DNA of 64,000 bases from Chiloscyllium plagiosum. Lineage: Eukaryota. Each line of letters opens with the position of its first letter. Position 1 is the stretch's first letter. This document shows positions 50,301-62,250 of the stretch, piece after piece. The DNA lies in the NCBI RefSeq assembly GCF_004010195.1, contig NC_057719.1, positions 43,988,847-44,052,846 on the forward strand, read 5' to 3'. The notes below the pieces were generated by a model that was not told the DNA's origin, made no database searches, and worked only from the letters and a program-made list of their open reading frames with translations. Both the position numbers and the translations under genes were made by a program.

Positions 50301-52427
50301 TATTTAAAATTAGTAATGCAGCTTTTGGCTTTTAATGTAAAATACAAGACTATTCACCTTTGTGAAAAATCTCAAATTCACAATAATTTGGAATTGCTAA
50401 GAAGATTTGATGTAACAACTCATTTTTCTAAGCAATCACTCGCATAAGAGTATAGTCCTACTGGAGCTGTGAGGTCATCACAATGTGAAAATGTAGCTTT
50501 AACAATGAAATATCTTTCTACAATAGTTACTTTTAGGAAAGGTATAAAAGTCATATCCTAATTTTCTGGAAAGCTGCATCTGTAAAACGTCAAGTGCTCC
50601 TTTTCTCATTTACTTTTGTTCCAATGTTAGAAAGTAATAGATTATATACTTTGACAGTTCAATGAGGATTTTCATTTTTGCCACTTTGGTTAAAAGCATC
50701 CACTGGAGTACACAGGGCAGACATTTTTTCCTTTTACATTAAGAGAAAGAACATGGGATGGCTGTGTCACTGGTTTGTGAATCTCTCCACCCGATGTTTC
50801 ACTCTGTGCTTCTCCCAGGTATAACTTTATGCCTGGGTGGAAAAGCTACAAATTAACACATTGAATGCTTTAAACCCTTGGGAAAAACAACTCAATCCTA
50901 TCCCTATAAGTACCCGAATCTTTAGATACCAATTCAAAATAATTCTAATTGGTACCAATGGGACCTCTGCGTAGTTTGACTTTGTTTTCCAAGATATAAA
51001 AGGTTACTCATTAGTATTTGTAGGCCTCAAGTTAAGAATGAGGTTAGGCCTTTTAAAGAATCCATCATGGCCAGTCTTCTACAATTTTTCTGGAAAAGCA
51101 GAATTGGTAAATCCATGTTGGCACCATTCCAGATCAACAGGCCAGGTTTTCTTCACTTTCAGAAGATTTTAGTTTTAAATACCAGAACACTTTAAAACTC
51201 GAATCAATCAGTAAAATTGTCCAGCGGACAAGGCAGATCATGGACTGAAATTTGACTTGATAGGACATTTTATTTTAACAAGGTGACTTCTCACTGAAAC
51301 TTAAGTATGGAATATTGCAGATTTAGCTTTAACAATAAAATTGAAGTTTAGTATGAAAATAAATGAAAATAAAATAGAAAAACCCAATAAACTCAGATGA
51401 CACATGTTTAAAGATTTGAAACACAAGAATATAATCCCATTAATCCAAAAATAATTCCTTCACAGTACTCACACCAATGAGAATTCCCTTCACTATCAAC
51501 CCTACAGGACTAATTTAACTGTGGTTTCAACTCCCAGACCAGCATCCCTTGCATCTATGCCATCTTCCAAAACCAACTGTGTACCTGCAAGAGTGCTGCC
51601 ACCTGAAACTGCTTAGCTATGAAAGGAGTCAGAAAATAACTGTGCACTCTGCGTTTCACACTCAAACCACTCCACAAATGGATGAGGGGAAAACTGCTCC
51701 AGACCAATGGCACTCAGAGGAGTGTCACAGGCCAGGCACCTGCTGAGACCCCAGCAGGAAATAACACTTTTGTTTTGATGCTGAGTGACTTCATTCAAAT
51801 GAACAAAGATGAGCAGCAGCAGCATCAGGCAGGTGGACACAGAGGAGGATTTGGCCACCATAGTGGAGAAGCTGGAGTGATGTACCAGCCCGCTGACACT
51901 TACGTGCTGGCAGACCCACAACTGTTTGTCTGCCTCCATGGATAAGTCGCTGGCCCAACACCGTCAAAGTCGGCTGGTCAGTCAACAATCCCTGATCTCA
52001 CTGCCCTCAGTATTGAGCCTCAGGACTGATGGCATGGTAAGAGTAAGTCAGGGAGACTTGATCCTAGTCCAGGATCTCCTCTTCAAAAAGATGCAGGGCA
52101 GTACCACAAGGTACCCAGCCAGAGGAGCTGCACACAGTCCTCTCTATAGTCTTCATTCAGGACACTGTGGAGGTGGCTGGACCCCCTAACTCCACTCTGC
52201 CTGCACCCTCTATCTCCACTTTCCCTGCACCTTTTTGATTTTTGGAAGTTCCAGCCATAGAGGGTCAACATTCATAACACATCTCGACCATTCAGACACA
52301 ACTACCAATCAAAGAGCGAACAGGCCCCAGCATGGAGCAGGCTCCTTCTACTGTATCTGCAGAGCAAGGGAGCTCAGTATATCACAACAGGAGAGGAAGA
52401 GAAAAGGTCTACTAAACACATGAGGAC

Positions 52428-52659
52428 TGTAGTGATTGTAACCAGCTCAGCCAGGTGGACCTCATATAATGAGTTCCCTGATTGTACCAGGTTAACTGCC
52501 TCAGTCAGGGAGCCCTGGCTGACAGATGTAAACAGGAATGTCAGAAGCTCTGTTCACTTTGAGCTGGCTCTGAGGAAGCTAAACTAGTGACAATTACTAT
52601 ACACATATAAATAAAGTGTGACTTGGTGATGGGATACATGCTTCTGCTGAGTTATCTCA
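52428..52659 (+). mobile_element. Probable solo LTR (Gypsy-type)
   Basis: TG...CA termini, 232 bp, AATAAA about 45 nt from the 3' end. The TSD is imperfect. Confidence 0.55.
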
Positions 52660-54032
52660 GAGGTGATGGTTAGAAAACTTGTGAACAATTTGATCAGCAT
52701 ATGACATGATGTAATAGCTTTTGTTTGGCATACAATGCCATCTGCATCTTTTGTTTCAATACTGTAATGTTATAAACTTAGTTTCATACAATGTTAGTTA
52801 AAGAGTTGTTATTTTCATAAACCCTTGTATTGCACTGTTCATGTGGTAGTCTCTGTTTCTATTCTGAATATGGGCTAAACACAGGCAAAATGGTACCAGT
52901 TCGGTTTAGAATACCTAGTTGGAGTGAAGAGTCTGTTTCTGTGCTGTATGACTCTATGAAGCATGACTCCTTGGCCATTAACAAAATTAATGGTTGGGGT
53001 GTACAATGAGCATCAAAACATTCTGTGGGAGCAAGGATAGCAGTGTGTGAGCATGGAATCAGCACACTTTGATACCTTAGGCAGTTTTTCCCTTAAGCAT
53101 CACTGTTACTGTTTAGCTGGCAGCAGTGTAAATCTGAGGGAGCTTCCCAACAGTGACAGAGAGGAGTAACTGAGACAGCCAATGCTGCAGGATGGTCTGG
53201 CAGTAGGCATCCTACTTGTCTGTGTTGGCAAGATAATGTGCATTACAGGATAATTATGTTCCTTGAGAACTCCCAGTGAGTGGTTGTAGATGCATGTTCA
53301 TCCCTCACAAGTTGGCTCACAGACCCCACTCACTGCATGTCCCTTCACAGCCATTCTCCCCAACATTGCATGCTAACCATGTACTTCACAATTGGAACAA
53401 TGAGCGGCCCTCTGCCAGTGGCTTTCAGTCTCATCACTGAGATGCTCAACATCACTTTCTCCTTTCTAATTGCTCTTTTCTGTCAACACCGCAGAATTCA
53501 CATTTCCTGGGTGATCACCCAAGCCATGTGCATGTCACTCCATCTTTGTACATGCAGCCCCCTCTTCTCTGGTCAGCCTCCCCCTTAACTTCTATGAATA
53601 GAGGAAATGGGACAACCAAGGTCTACCCCTTGAGTGACCTGATCTGCCAGCATCAGCCCTCACGTGCCCAGCTCTCTGGCTGGTGGACACAGATGCCTGC
53701 TACTATGACATCCCTTCCCATTCCCAATTGGCCCCTACAGAGACAAAGGACTGACCATGACCTGCTCCCCACAGAATGGAGGCACGGCCTACTTTGCAAT
53801 GCCATCCTGCCTGGACACCTGATCACGGCTGAAGCCCAGGACTGGTGTGGGAGGCTGCTCAGTCCTAGCCATGCTGGACTCCCGATTGACAGGTATCCTC
53901 ATGGATTTCATTGCGGACTACTCCATGAAAACTTTCAAACATGTCCACTGCTTGCTGCAGATGCCAAGTGTTTGGTGCGAATGCAGAGGCTACATGATAC
54001 AAGTATTAGAGTGACATAAGGCTGAAGTAAAA

Positions 54033-54345
54033 ATAGAATCCTTACAGTGTGGAAACAGGCCTTTCAGCCCAACAAATCCATACTGATCCCATTCCCAAAC
54101 CCATTCCCCAGTACTTTACACTTACCCATGACTAATGCACCTAACTTAGACATCCCTGAATACTATGGGTAATTTAGCATGGCCAATTCACCTAACCTGC
54201 ACATCTTTGAGCTGTGGGAGGAAATCAGAGTACCCAGAGAAAACTTCGCAGTCACGTGGAGAATGTACAAACTCCACACAGACAGTCGCCTGAGGCTGGA
54301 ATTGAACGTGGGTCCCTGGCGCTATGAGGCTACCGTACTGAGCCA
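54033..54345 (-). mobile_element. HE1-like V-SINE
   Basis: Colinear with 7680-8006 and more diverged. Confidence 0.85.
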
Positions 54346-57244
54346 AGCTGCATGTCGTCTTGACAGACAACTTCACAATTCATAGCATGGTCACCTGCCT
54401 GGTTGTGTAACTGTGTCAATTACCAATAAAAAACATGGCAGGACAATACAATGGAGGCATGGTCAGGGCATGCCAAAATGGCACCAGGTAAATACTCAGT
54501 TAGCAAGGGTGGACAGTCTAGTCCATGTCATATGATGGGTTCCCTGTACCTAATGCAGCTGGTCACTGCTGTGTGTCAGTGCTCTCCGACACCCATCCAG
54601 TCTTGCAGTGCATGGTGCTAATGTATTAGTCAAAGCCATGATGGTGGCAAAGAATCCCTGAAAGTGCAGTGCCAATGTCCATAGAGGAAGGGTACATGTG
54701 GCTGTTGCTAGTGGATTGTGGCCTGGTCTGTGGGTAGGTGGAGGTCCTTTAGAGCAACCCATTAGTTGATCCCGTCAAGAACTCACTCTGATTTCCAAGG
54801 CAAGTTTTCCTGACTAGTTTATATGGTGAGCTTGGTAAGATTGCAGCACAAGGTAAGTTAGGCTGTTTAATATACAACATGAGCATCAACTGAGAACTTG
54901 CCACTGACAATCGAGAATCTAGTAATGCTTTATGTGGTGAGATTATCTTGACATTGAGATCAGCCCCGCTGGGCAACTTGCCTGATTCTATCATTTATCA
55001 TTACCCATACTGCTCAGAGCCTGATGAGATCTTGCTTAATATAATTAAACTGAAATCCTAATTTCTGAAGATTTGATTTAAAGCTTGCAACCATATTGTT
55101 GCAAAGTGTGTATAGTATTAAAACTGAGCTACTGCATAGAAGTATAAAATTGTCTAAGCAAGTTTGAAATTGTCAGACAACTTTACAGACAGATGACATA
55201 GCCAGACTGCTGAGTAAAAAGTGTGAAACCATGACTAGCCAGGTAACTTTAGACAAGTCAGACATAATACATTAAATAGAGAATAATATGAAGCACAGCA
55301 GAATATGACAGTCTCATCATATGTCAACCACTGTTAAAAGTTCAACCTCAGCAGCTCTAAATTTAAAAATAAATTACTTAAAATCAAGAAGAATAAATTA
55401 AAACTGGATTTTTTTTAGACAGCACATTTCCAGCAATCCAAGCATATGACTTATACACCAGTGTGATTAATCAAACTAGCTGTATAAAAAACTGTTGAGA
55501 GGCATACACTTTCCCCCATTTTAGAAAAAGTAATTACATGTTCAATGACAGGGCATTTTGGTTTTCATTGATCAATACATCTTCAGCCCCTTTGTCCAGT
55601 AATGAATCAAATTATCTTTCAAAATATATAAACATACTTCTGCACACTGTAGTCACAGAACATGCTTTGCTACCATTAAGGAAGCTAGAATACCACCACC
55701 AAGAATCTCTGCTGCTTCCAGTACTGTGTTAATTACATACTGTGTAAACACTAAGGATTTGAAAGGTTTCCCTCTGAGTTACCTTGAATAATTCTGGACT
55801 GCGTGCGACATGACCGTAAGCTGAATGAATTCATCAACCATAAGTAATTTTATGTATGCTTGGCGCTCTCCTTTTTCAATTTGTGCCTACACACAATTTG
55901 TGGTTGAATAATCAGAGATTTGTTCCCATCTTTGTTTTTGCTCAGTGGCTTGCCTTTGATGGAAAGCAAACTCCAATTAGCTCACAGTTGCTTCCAATTG
56001 TTCAATAAGAAGTAGAAAGATGGCCAAGGAATCAAAGCAGCTTTATTTCTTCTGAGGCATTGAGTAAATATGCAGGTCTTCTCAAGCAGTGAATATCAAT
56101 ATTTCATTTAACAAATCTCCAGGGCTTCTGTGCAACGCGCAACTCATTTTGTTTGTGATAAATTCGTTTCACAGCTTCACTCGTGTTATTGTAAAGAATG
56201 CTCTCACTACCTGTAAGACCCAGTGTGATGGTCACTTCACTATGAGTTCTCAGAATGTTCAATAGAATACTACTGATCACATATGATCTCAACATGGAAA
56301 ATGCCTCACATGATTAGCAGAATGCATGAATATGTATATGAACAGAGACAGTGAATTTGGTTATCAAGTTGAATTGGTATTGCAAAAACTTAGAAGTTCT
56401 ACCTATATTTCAGGTGAGAATAACACTCAAAAATGTATCCCCTTAGCTGTGAAGCACTTTGTGAAGTTCTGAAATTGTGAAAGATATCATTCAAATGCAA
56501 TTTCTTTCTTGCTTTTTGCCTCATGTCAATCAGAAGCTGCAAGAACTACTGAAGAGGGGTGTGTCATCTGCAGCTCTCAAAGCTTTAAAAATGCATTAAG
56601 GCACTTAACATACAGTGGATTATTTTGAAGCATTAGTGTTACACAGGTAAATGTGGCAGGTTTATTTTGCAAGGCAAGACCTCAAGAACAATAGTTTGGT
56701 GCTTTTCGTCAGAAAGAAAAATGGTAGAATGGTTGCAGCAGCAGAGGAGGTAATTCATCGTGTTGTCTTCATTCCTGTTCTCCGTAGGAGTAACTCAACC
56801 AGTCCACTCTCTCACCCCTTTTGCTATCACTGTTTTCTCTTCAGGTGCTCATCTAAGTTTCTCTTGAATCTGCTCTACTACAGTCTCGAGCAACGCATTG
56901 CAGATCGTAACAGTTTGGTGAAATACTTTTGCACACTGTGGCATGCCTTACTCATGTGGCCTCTAATGTCATCTTTGTAAAGAGTTTTAAGGCAATAGGC
57001 ATTTTATACATTGCATGGAACATAATGTCACTGCACATGGGACTAATGAATTTTCATAGCTATATTAGTGCCAGTGGCTGTCGAGATAAACATAGACCTC
57101 ACTTATGTGAGTCCCAAAGGGTAATCTTTTATCTGAAGTCTGGAATTTCCTTTCACAGAAGGCACAGGGGTGAAGTGAAAAAGAAAATTAAGAAAGTAAA
57201 AACAGGATTCAAAAATGCCTATCCCTTGCATCTTTTGGGGTGAT

Positions 57245-57603
57245 TAAATTGAGGTGTAAAATAATAAGGTATTTAGATAGAGTGGACAGGAAAGATTGGT
57301 GTTCCCTAGTGGAGAGATCAATTACCAGGGGCACAGATTTAAGATGATTCGTATAAAGTGTAGAGGGGATATAAGAAAAAGCCTTTTCACCAAGAGAGTG
57401 ATGAATATCTGAAATTCAGTGCTCGCTTTGGTTTTTTGAGGCAGAAACCCTAAACTTGAAAACAAACAAGTGCTGAAAGCTGCAAGGCTTTGGACTAGGG
57501 GCTGGAAAGTGGAAATAGAATGGGTGACTAATTTATTCAGCTAACACAGATATGATGGGCGGAATGATCTCTTTCCAGGCTGTAACCTTTCCATGATTCT
57601 ATG
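57245..57603 (+). mobile_element. CR1 3' end fragment
   Basis: accaggggcacagatttaag, ttttcaccaagagagtg and a (ctatgatt) tail. Confidence 0.7.
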
Positions 57604-57756
57604 GCTGTAATAATCAAAACTTCAGTCTGAAACTCTGTACAAAATACTGTTGTGCGGGTCATTTTAGCTTACAATATTCTATTGTGTGACCTTATGGAGA
57701 TGTAAGAGGATTTAAGACTGAATTAAAAATTCCTCCAATCTCAATGATAGAATTAT

Positions 57757-58085
57757 TTGGTTGCCACAGTATTGAACAATAAGATATCAGAACTGGAGAA
57801 ACAATGCTACAAGTTATATTGCAACCTAGACTTCACTGAAAAACAGAAAAGACAAAGTTGTGAAGTTTTAGAGGCCTTGAACAAACATTTTGAGCCTGCA
57901 AATAATGTCATCTATGAATGCTACATCTTCAATATGACAGCTCAGGAACAGGAGGAGAGTATGTGGCTCTACTGTGACATCTAGATGAGTCTTGCAAGAT
58001 TGGGCAACAGAAGGATAATCTAATCAGAGACATGGTTGTCATAGGAACAAGGAATCCCACAATGAGAGCATTTCTGATGAAAGAA
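57757..58085 (+). mobile_element. Gypsy-type LTR retrotransposon gag relic
   Basis: VATVL...LEALNKHFEPANNVIYECYIFN..QEQEES, then SCKIG...NLIRDMVVIG, typical of fish/shark Gypsy gag. Confidence 0.75.
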
Positions 58086-58599
58086 GGGAAGGTTAGGGCC
58101 AGATATTCATCCTCAAAGTGGGATTTGGGAAAATTACCAAACCTGCACACCTATCTTGGCTAATACTGATTCTGGAGGGGTGATTTTCATTTACACACCT
58201 GGGGAAATGGCTGTGGAAGTGACCTGTTTAAAAGGCCTGCTTTGGGCTGGGGGACTTTGTCTTATCTGTAAGAAGAAAAGCCCTACAGTCTTCATCCCCA
58301 CAATACACACTTCCAATGCAGCATAGATTATACACCCCAAACACCCTACCATGTTTTATCATACAATCCACTGCCAAAGTTTTCCCCTCCTCCCAGCCAG
58401 TGGCCAATCATGCTCCTATGCCAAAACATGACATTTTCATTTACAATGAATGAATTCAATCATGACAGTATTATGTGTTAAAAAATCTTTGATAAAGAGG
58501 TTAATTGTGAACAAACATTGTGAAACTGATAGCAGGTATCAGACAACCAAAGCTTTGAATCAATGGATGGCTCAGATGTTTCAACATTCAGTGAACAAT

Positions 58600-59720
58600 A
58601 ATAAGATTTGACTGAGAGCCAAAACAAATATTAGAGGGCTGAAACATCTGAGCCCCTGTTTAATTGACAGCTCTTACTGTCTGATATCTGTAGCCTTGTA
58701 CCTGCATTTTGCTGTTCATTGATCTTTTAATCTCAAGTTTGTTTCTTCAGGTCCCAGTAATTTCATTGACGATGACTGAAATTTCATTTTTTTAATGTTA
58801 TTTGAACACTAGTCTGATGACACTGAGACATTTATTCTGGCATCCAGTTTAAACACCATGCTCTTCCCATTCACTTCCTGTTTAACAATACAGTAACTAA
58901 TCCCAATACTGAGGGGATTTCTCATGAAATAGTTTTATTCCTGTTATGTGTTGTTTCAACTTAAATCTGTTCTAGCTTCATAGGCTTTGTTTGTTCACTG
59001 TATTCTGTTTTGGAATTCTGTAGACTTATCTAAAATATCTCAAATTCCTATCATTGTGGCATTGTGCTACCCCTCCTGGTCAATTGTCCAATTTGCATGG
59101 TTTATTCCCTTCACAAAGATGAAGGTTGTTGTGCATTTCCTGGGCTTGGTGGGCTATGTTTTCTATCCACTTTTTGTCTTGCAGCCCATGTACTGAATTG
59201 GCTCACTTGCTTTCTTCCGTGACCCTTCAGTTTCTCCTTAGACAAACACCTGATTCAGCTTCCAGTTCTGCCTACTCATCTGTACTGAAATTTCCTGCTT
59301 CAAATCCTCCCTAGCTTGTCAAAGGTATGACAATGCCTCATCGGAAACTCCAGCCATGATTCAATCATGAATTAGTTCTGCCTTCAGCACCTTGGAAATG
59401 CAGTTTTCTGTTGACCTGTAGGTCATTTGTGAATGAATCCATGCTTTTCTCAGCCCTTCATTTTTTCCAATTAAATTATTAAATTTTTCCACATGTTGAT
59501 GTATGCATTAAATGCCTTCAGTATTTCTTCATACAATATATTAAATGCATTAACATCCTATCTTGCAACTACATTGCTATAATGGCCCCTGCTGCATACA
59601 ATAATGTTTTGACCTGGTCTATTTGCCCTTCATTTGTCTAAGCATGAAGCTATTCTGCATCTTGTAAATCTTTTCTTCCAAATCTCCCATTCCTGAATTT
59701 GGTGCAGTGTGCCTGAAATG
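58600..59720 (-). mobile_element. Gypsy gag-protease relic
   Basis: Hand translation across frameshifts: QVKTLLYAAG, SMDSFTNDL, ENC...LKAELIHD.IMAGVSDEALS, a degenerate zinc knuckle, and a protease-like VNGKSMVFKLDARINVSV (FKLDTGA motif) at about 58812-58880. Confidence 0.72.
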
Positions 59721-59721
59721 G

Positions 59722-59918
59722 CACAGGGATTAGCCAGACAGGTTCAATAGAGGCATTTAAAAAAGGACTGGAATGGATTTTTGGATAGTTCTGGTGTGCA
59801 GGGTTCTGGGAAAAGCAGGAGATTGGCACTAGATAAAAGAGCCAGAGTAGATAATAGAGCCAGTGCAGGCATGATTGGCCAAATAGCCTTCTTTTGCACC
59901 GTAATAATTGTGTGATTC
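59722..59918 (+). mobile_element. CR1-type 3' tail fragment
   Basis: gaggcatttaaaa...ggcatgattggccaaatagccttctt...gtaataattgtgtgatt. Confidence 0.6.
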
Positions 59919-60427
59919 ACTGAATTGAGCTCTGGAGCTGCTCCTTCAACTACAGTGGAGCTTGTCCAGTTGTCCGCTAATTCAGTTGATTCTTACTGCT
60001 GAATGGTTTTTGGCTCCATTTTGCAGTCTACTGCTGTCTGGTGATGAGCGCCTGGTGAGACCTAAAATTTTTTTTTCTCCATCTTGACGACATATTTCAC
60101 TTCAATAGTTACATTTGACGCCACTGCTTTTTGCTGCCTTTCCTGTTTCCACCATTTTCGATCATGTGTGTATGGTCCAAATTACTTTAATCTTCCAAAT
60201 TCTGCTTTTTGAGTCCAAGGTACTTTCCTTTAAGCTGTTCCGTTACAACTTGGTATATACACACATTCTCTTCGATCGCTCTACACAATCATCTGAGACA
60301 GACATAATCAATGCATCATTCTACATTATCACCTTTATACATTCTGCTGGTGTCTCGTTACTCTAAATCAGTAGCTTTATTAAAGCTGAGAGTTATTGAG
60401 CCAGTCAGAGTGTAAAGATTCAACACA

Positions 60428-60642
60428 GGTAGAAAGTGAGGACTGCAGATGCTGGAGATCAGAGCTGAAAAATGTGTTGCTGGAAATGCGCAGCAGGTCA
60501 GGCAGCATCCAAGGAGCAGGAGAAGCGACGTTTCGGGCATAAGCCCGATTCCTGAAGAAGGGCTTGTGCCTGAAACGTCGAATCTCCTGCTCCTTGGATG
60601 CTGCCTAACCTGCTGCGCTTTTCCAGCAACACATTTTTCAGC
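60428..60642. mobile_element. Fold-back palindromic PLE terminal-repeat element with 14-bp TSD and a central hammerhead
   Basis: Inverted arms at 60464-60546 and 60560-60642. TSD aaagattcaaSaca at 60414-60427 and 60643-60656. Confidence 0.87.
60547..60584 (+). ncRNA. Minimal type I hammerhead ribozyme, core intact
   Basis: GAUUC CUGAAGA A GGGC-UUGU-GCCU GAAA CGUC^ GAAUC, with a perfect 5-bp helix I. Confidence 0.82.
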
Positions 60643-60734
60643 AAAGATTCAAGACACTCAATAAAAGATAACCTACTTGGCAATGTGTAACCTGTGTGTA
60701 GCAGTTGTTACCACAGTTAAAATGACTGAATAGA

Positions 60735-60821
60735 CAACCACCTGTTGAAGGAGCAGCACTCCGAAAGCTAGTGCTTTCCAATAATCCCGTTGGACTATAA
60801 CCTGGCATTGTGTGATTTTTA
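60735..60821 (+). mobile_element. 87-bp hammerhead-headed mini-insertion with 10-bp TSD (third family)
   Basis: CAC CUGUUGA A GGAG-CAGCA-CUCC GAAA GCUA^ GUG at 60739-60773. actgaataga at 60725-60734 and 60822-60831. Confidence 0.75.
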
Positions 60822-61274
60822 ACTGAATAGATAAAATGTCACAACCGCAGACATGTGCATATAATCAGAGGAGCTGCTCCTTCAATGCAGAAAGTTGATG
60901 GGAAAGATTGGATTTTTGCCAGCTGAACAAGGAAATGAATGATCATTAGTCTCAAAGGTCAAATATTTTCTACCAAATGCAGTCGATCAGCAGTAACAGT
61001 TACCACAGCAGCAACATTCACCACCATTATATTTCACAGTGAGGCAACATCACCCCAGGACACCAGATGACAACTCGCATGTGTACAGTTAGAAAACCAG
61101 AATGCTTTACATTTGTGTGTGCAATAAATATGCAGGAACAGATGGAAATAGGACAGTCTAGAATGGGCAAGCAGTTTTACTGTTCATGTGAGATGATTTT
61201 CTTAAGAGGCCATATATGTGAGTAACTTGCAAATCACAGTGCAAACATTTTTAATTTTTTTAAATTAGCACTGA

Positions 61275-61400
61275 TTTTCAGAAGAGTCATATTGGACTTG
61301 AGATGGTTGTTCTATTTCTCTCTCCACAGCTACTGCCAGATCTGCTGAATTTCTCCAGAATGTTGCTTTATTTCAGATTCCCAGCATCTGCAGTATTTTA
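61275..61400 (+). mobile_element. Decayed PLE pseudo-LTR copy (same family as 21103-21234)
   Basis: gaagagtcatattggacttgaga...ctctccacag.tactgccagatctgctgaatttctccag...ccagcatctgcagta. Confidence 0.65.
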
Positions 61401-62074
61401 ATTTTATTTCAATAAAGTCATGATTTGGATAATCTTAACATAATTTGTTGAAAAACACAAAGCAAGTCCATATTGGAGGGAAAAAGCTGCAAATAGCGAC
61501 GAGGGGTGGAGATAAAGTGCAAACAGTCCAAAATAAATACAGCAAAAAATTGGAAACACATAGTAATTTGCCAGAAAAACAAATGAACAGTGGCAAAAGT
61601 AGATGGAGAGTTTGCAACGTGGATATACCATGGAGATACCTAACCTTAAAATGTGGAAAGGAGACTTAAAACAGGTTATCTTAAAATATATGATTATATA
61701 TTCAAAGATAAAGAATCAGAAATAAATGGAAAAAGGATGGGGTTCTAAAATTCTTCAAGATTAGCAAAATTCCCATTTTTATTTTCAAGAATTATATTTA
61801 CTGGGCAACTTGGAAATATTACTGTAACAATACTCAGATCAAAAAGGTCAATGCAGCCTCCATGAAAAATGATACAGGCATTAGGACCATTTCAATTGTG
61901 AAATTGGACAACTTTTGGGTGACATAAGCATATCAAAATCTAGTCAAATAAAATACCGGGAAAAGAAAACTGCTATAACCTAATTGATTAATTATTGTCA
62001 ACTTTGTTGGATGTTTGTTTAACACCATGATTTGAACTTATAACTATCAAGGTTAACTATCAAGTGTGGATCTT

Positions 62075-62250
62075 ATGGAATACTGCATTGTTAGGATGCT
62101 GTCCTTTGGAGGATGTGTTAATATCCAAGCTTTAATCTTTATTTTCAGTGAGACTGAAAAAGATCCTGTGGCACTGTTTAAAGAAAACCAAGAGGCTTTG
62201 GCCAACTTATTCACTGTTCAACAAACAGAATGACCATGTGGAAAGTCAAC
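62075..62250 (+). mobile_element. Deu-domain SINE fragment
   Basis: ctgcattgttaggatgctgtcctttggaggatgtgttaa...aaaagatcctgtggcactgttt. Confidence 0.5.

Larger units (their letters stand above)
51540..55035. mobile_element. Highly decayed GC-richer transposon remnant (probably Harbinger-like) hosting nested LTR and SINE insertions
   Basis: Its end (54780-55035) matches the split element around 17330-19790. The internal coding signal is too weak to confirm the family. Confidence 0.35.

Noticed and set aside
55538..55615. Possible small minus-strand exon bounded by AG and GT
   Set aside because: Stops in all frames and weak splice sites.
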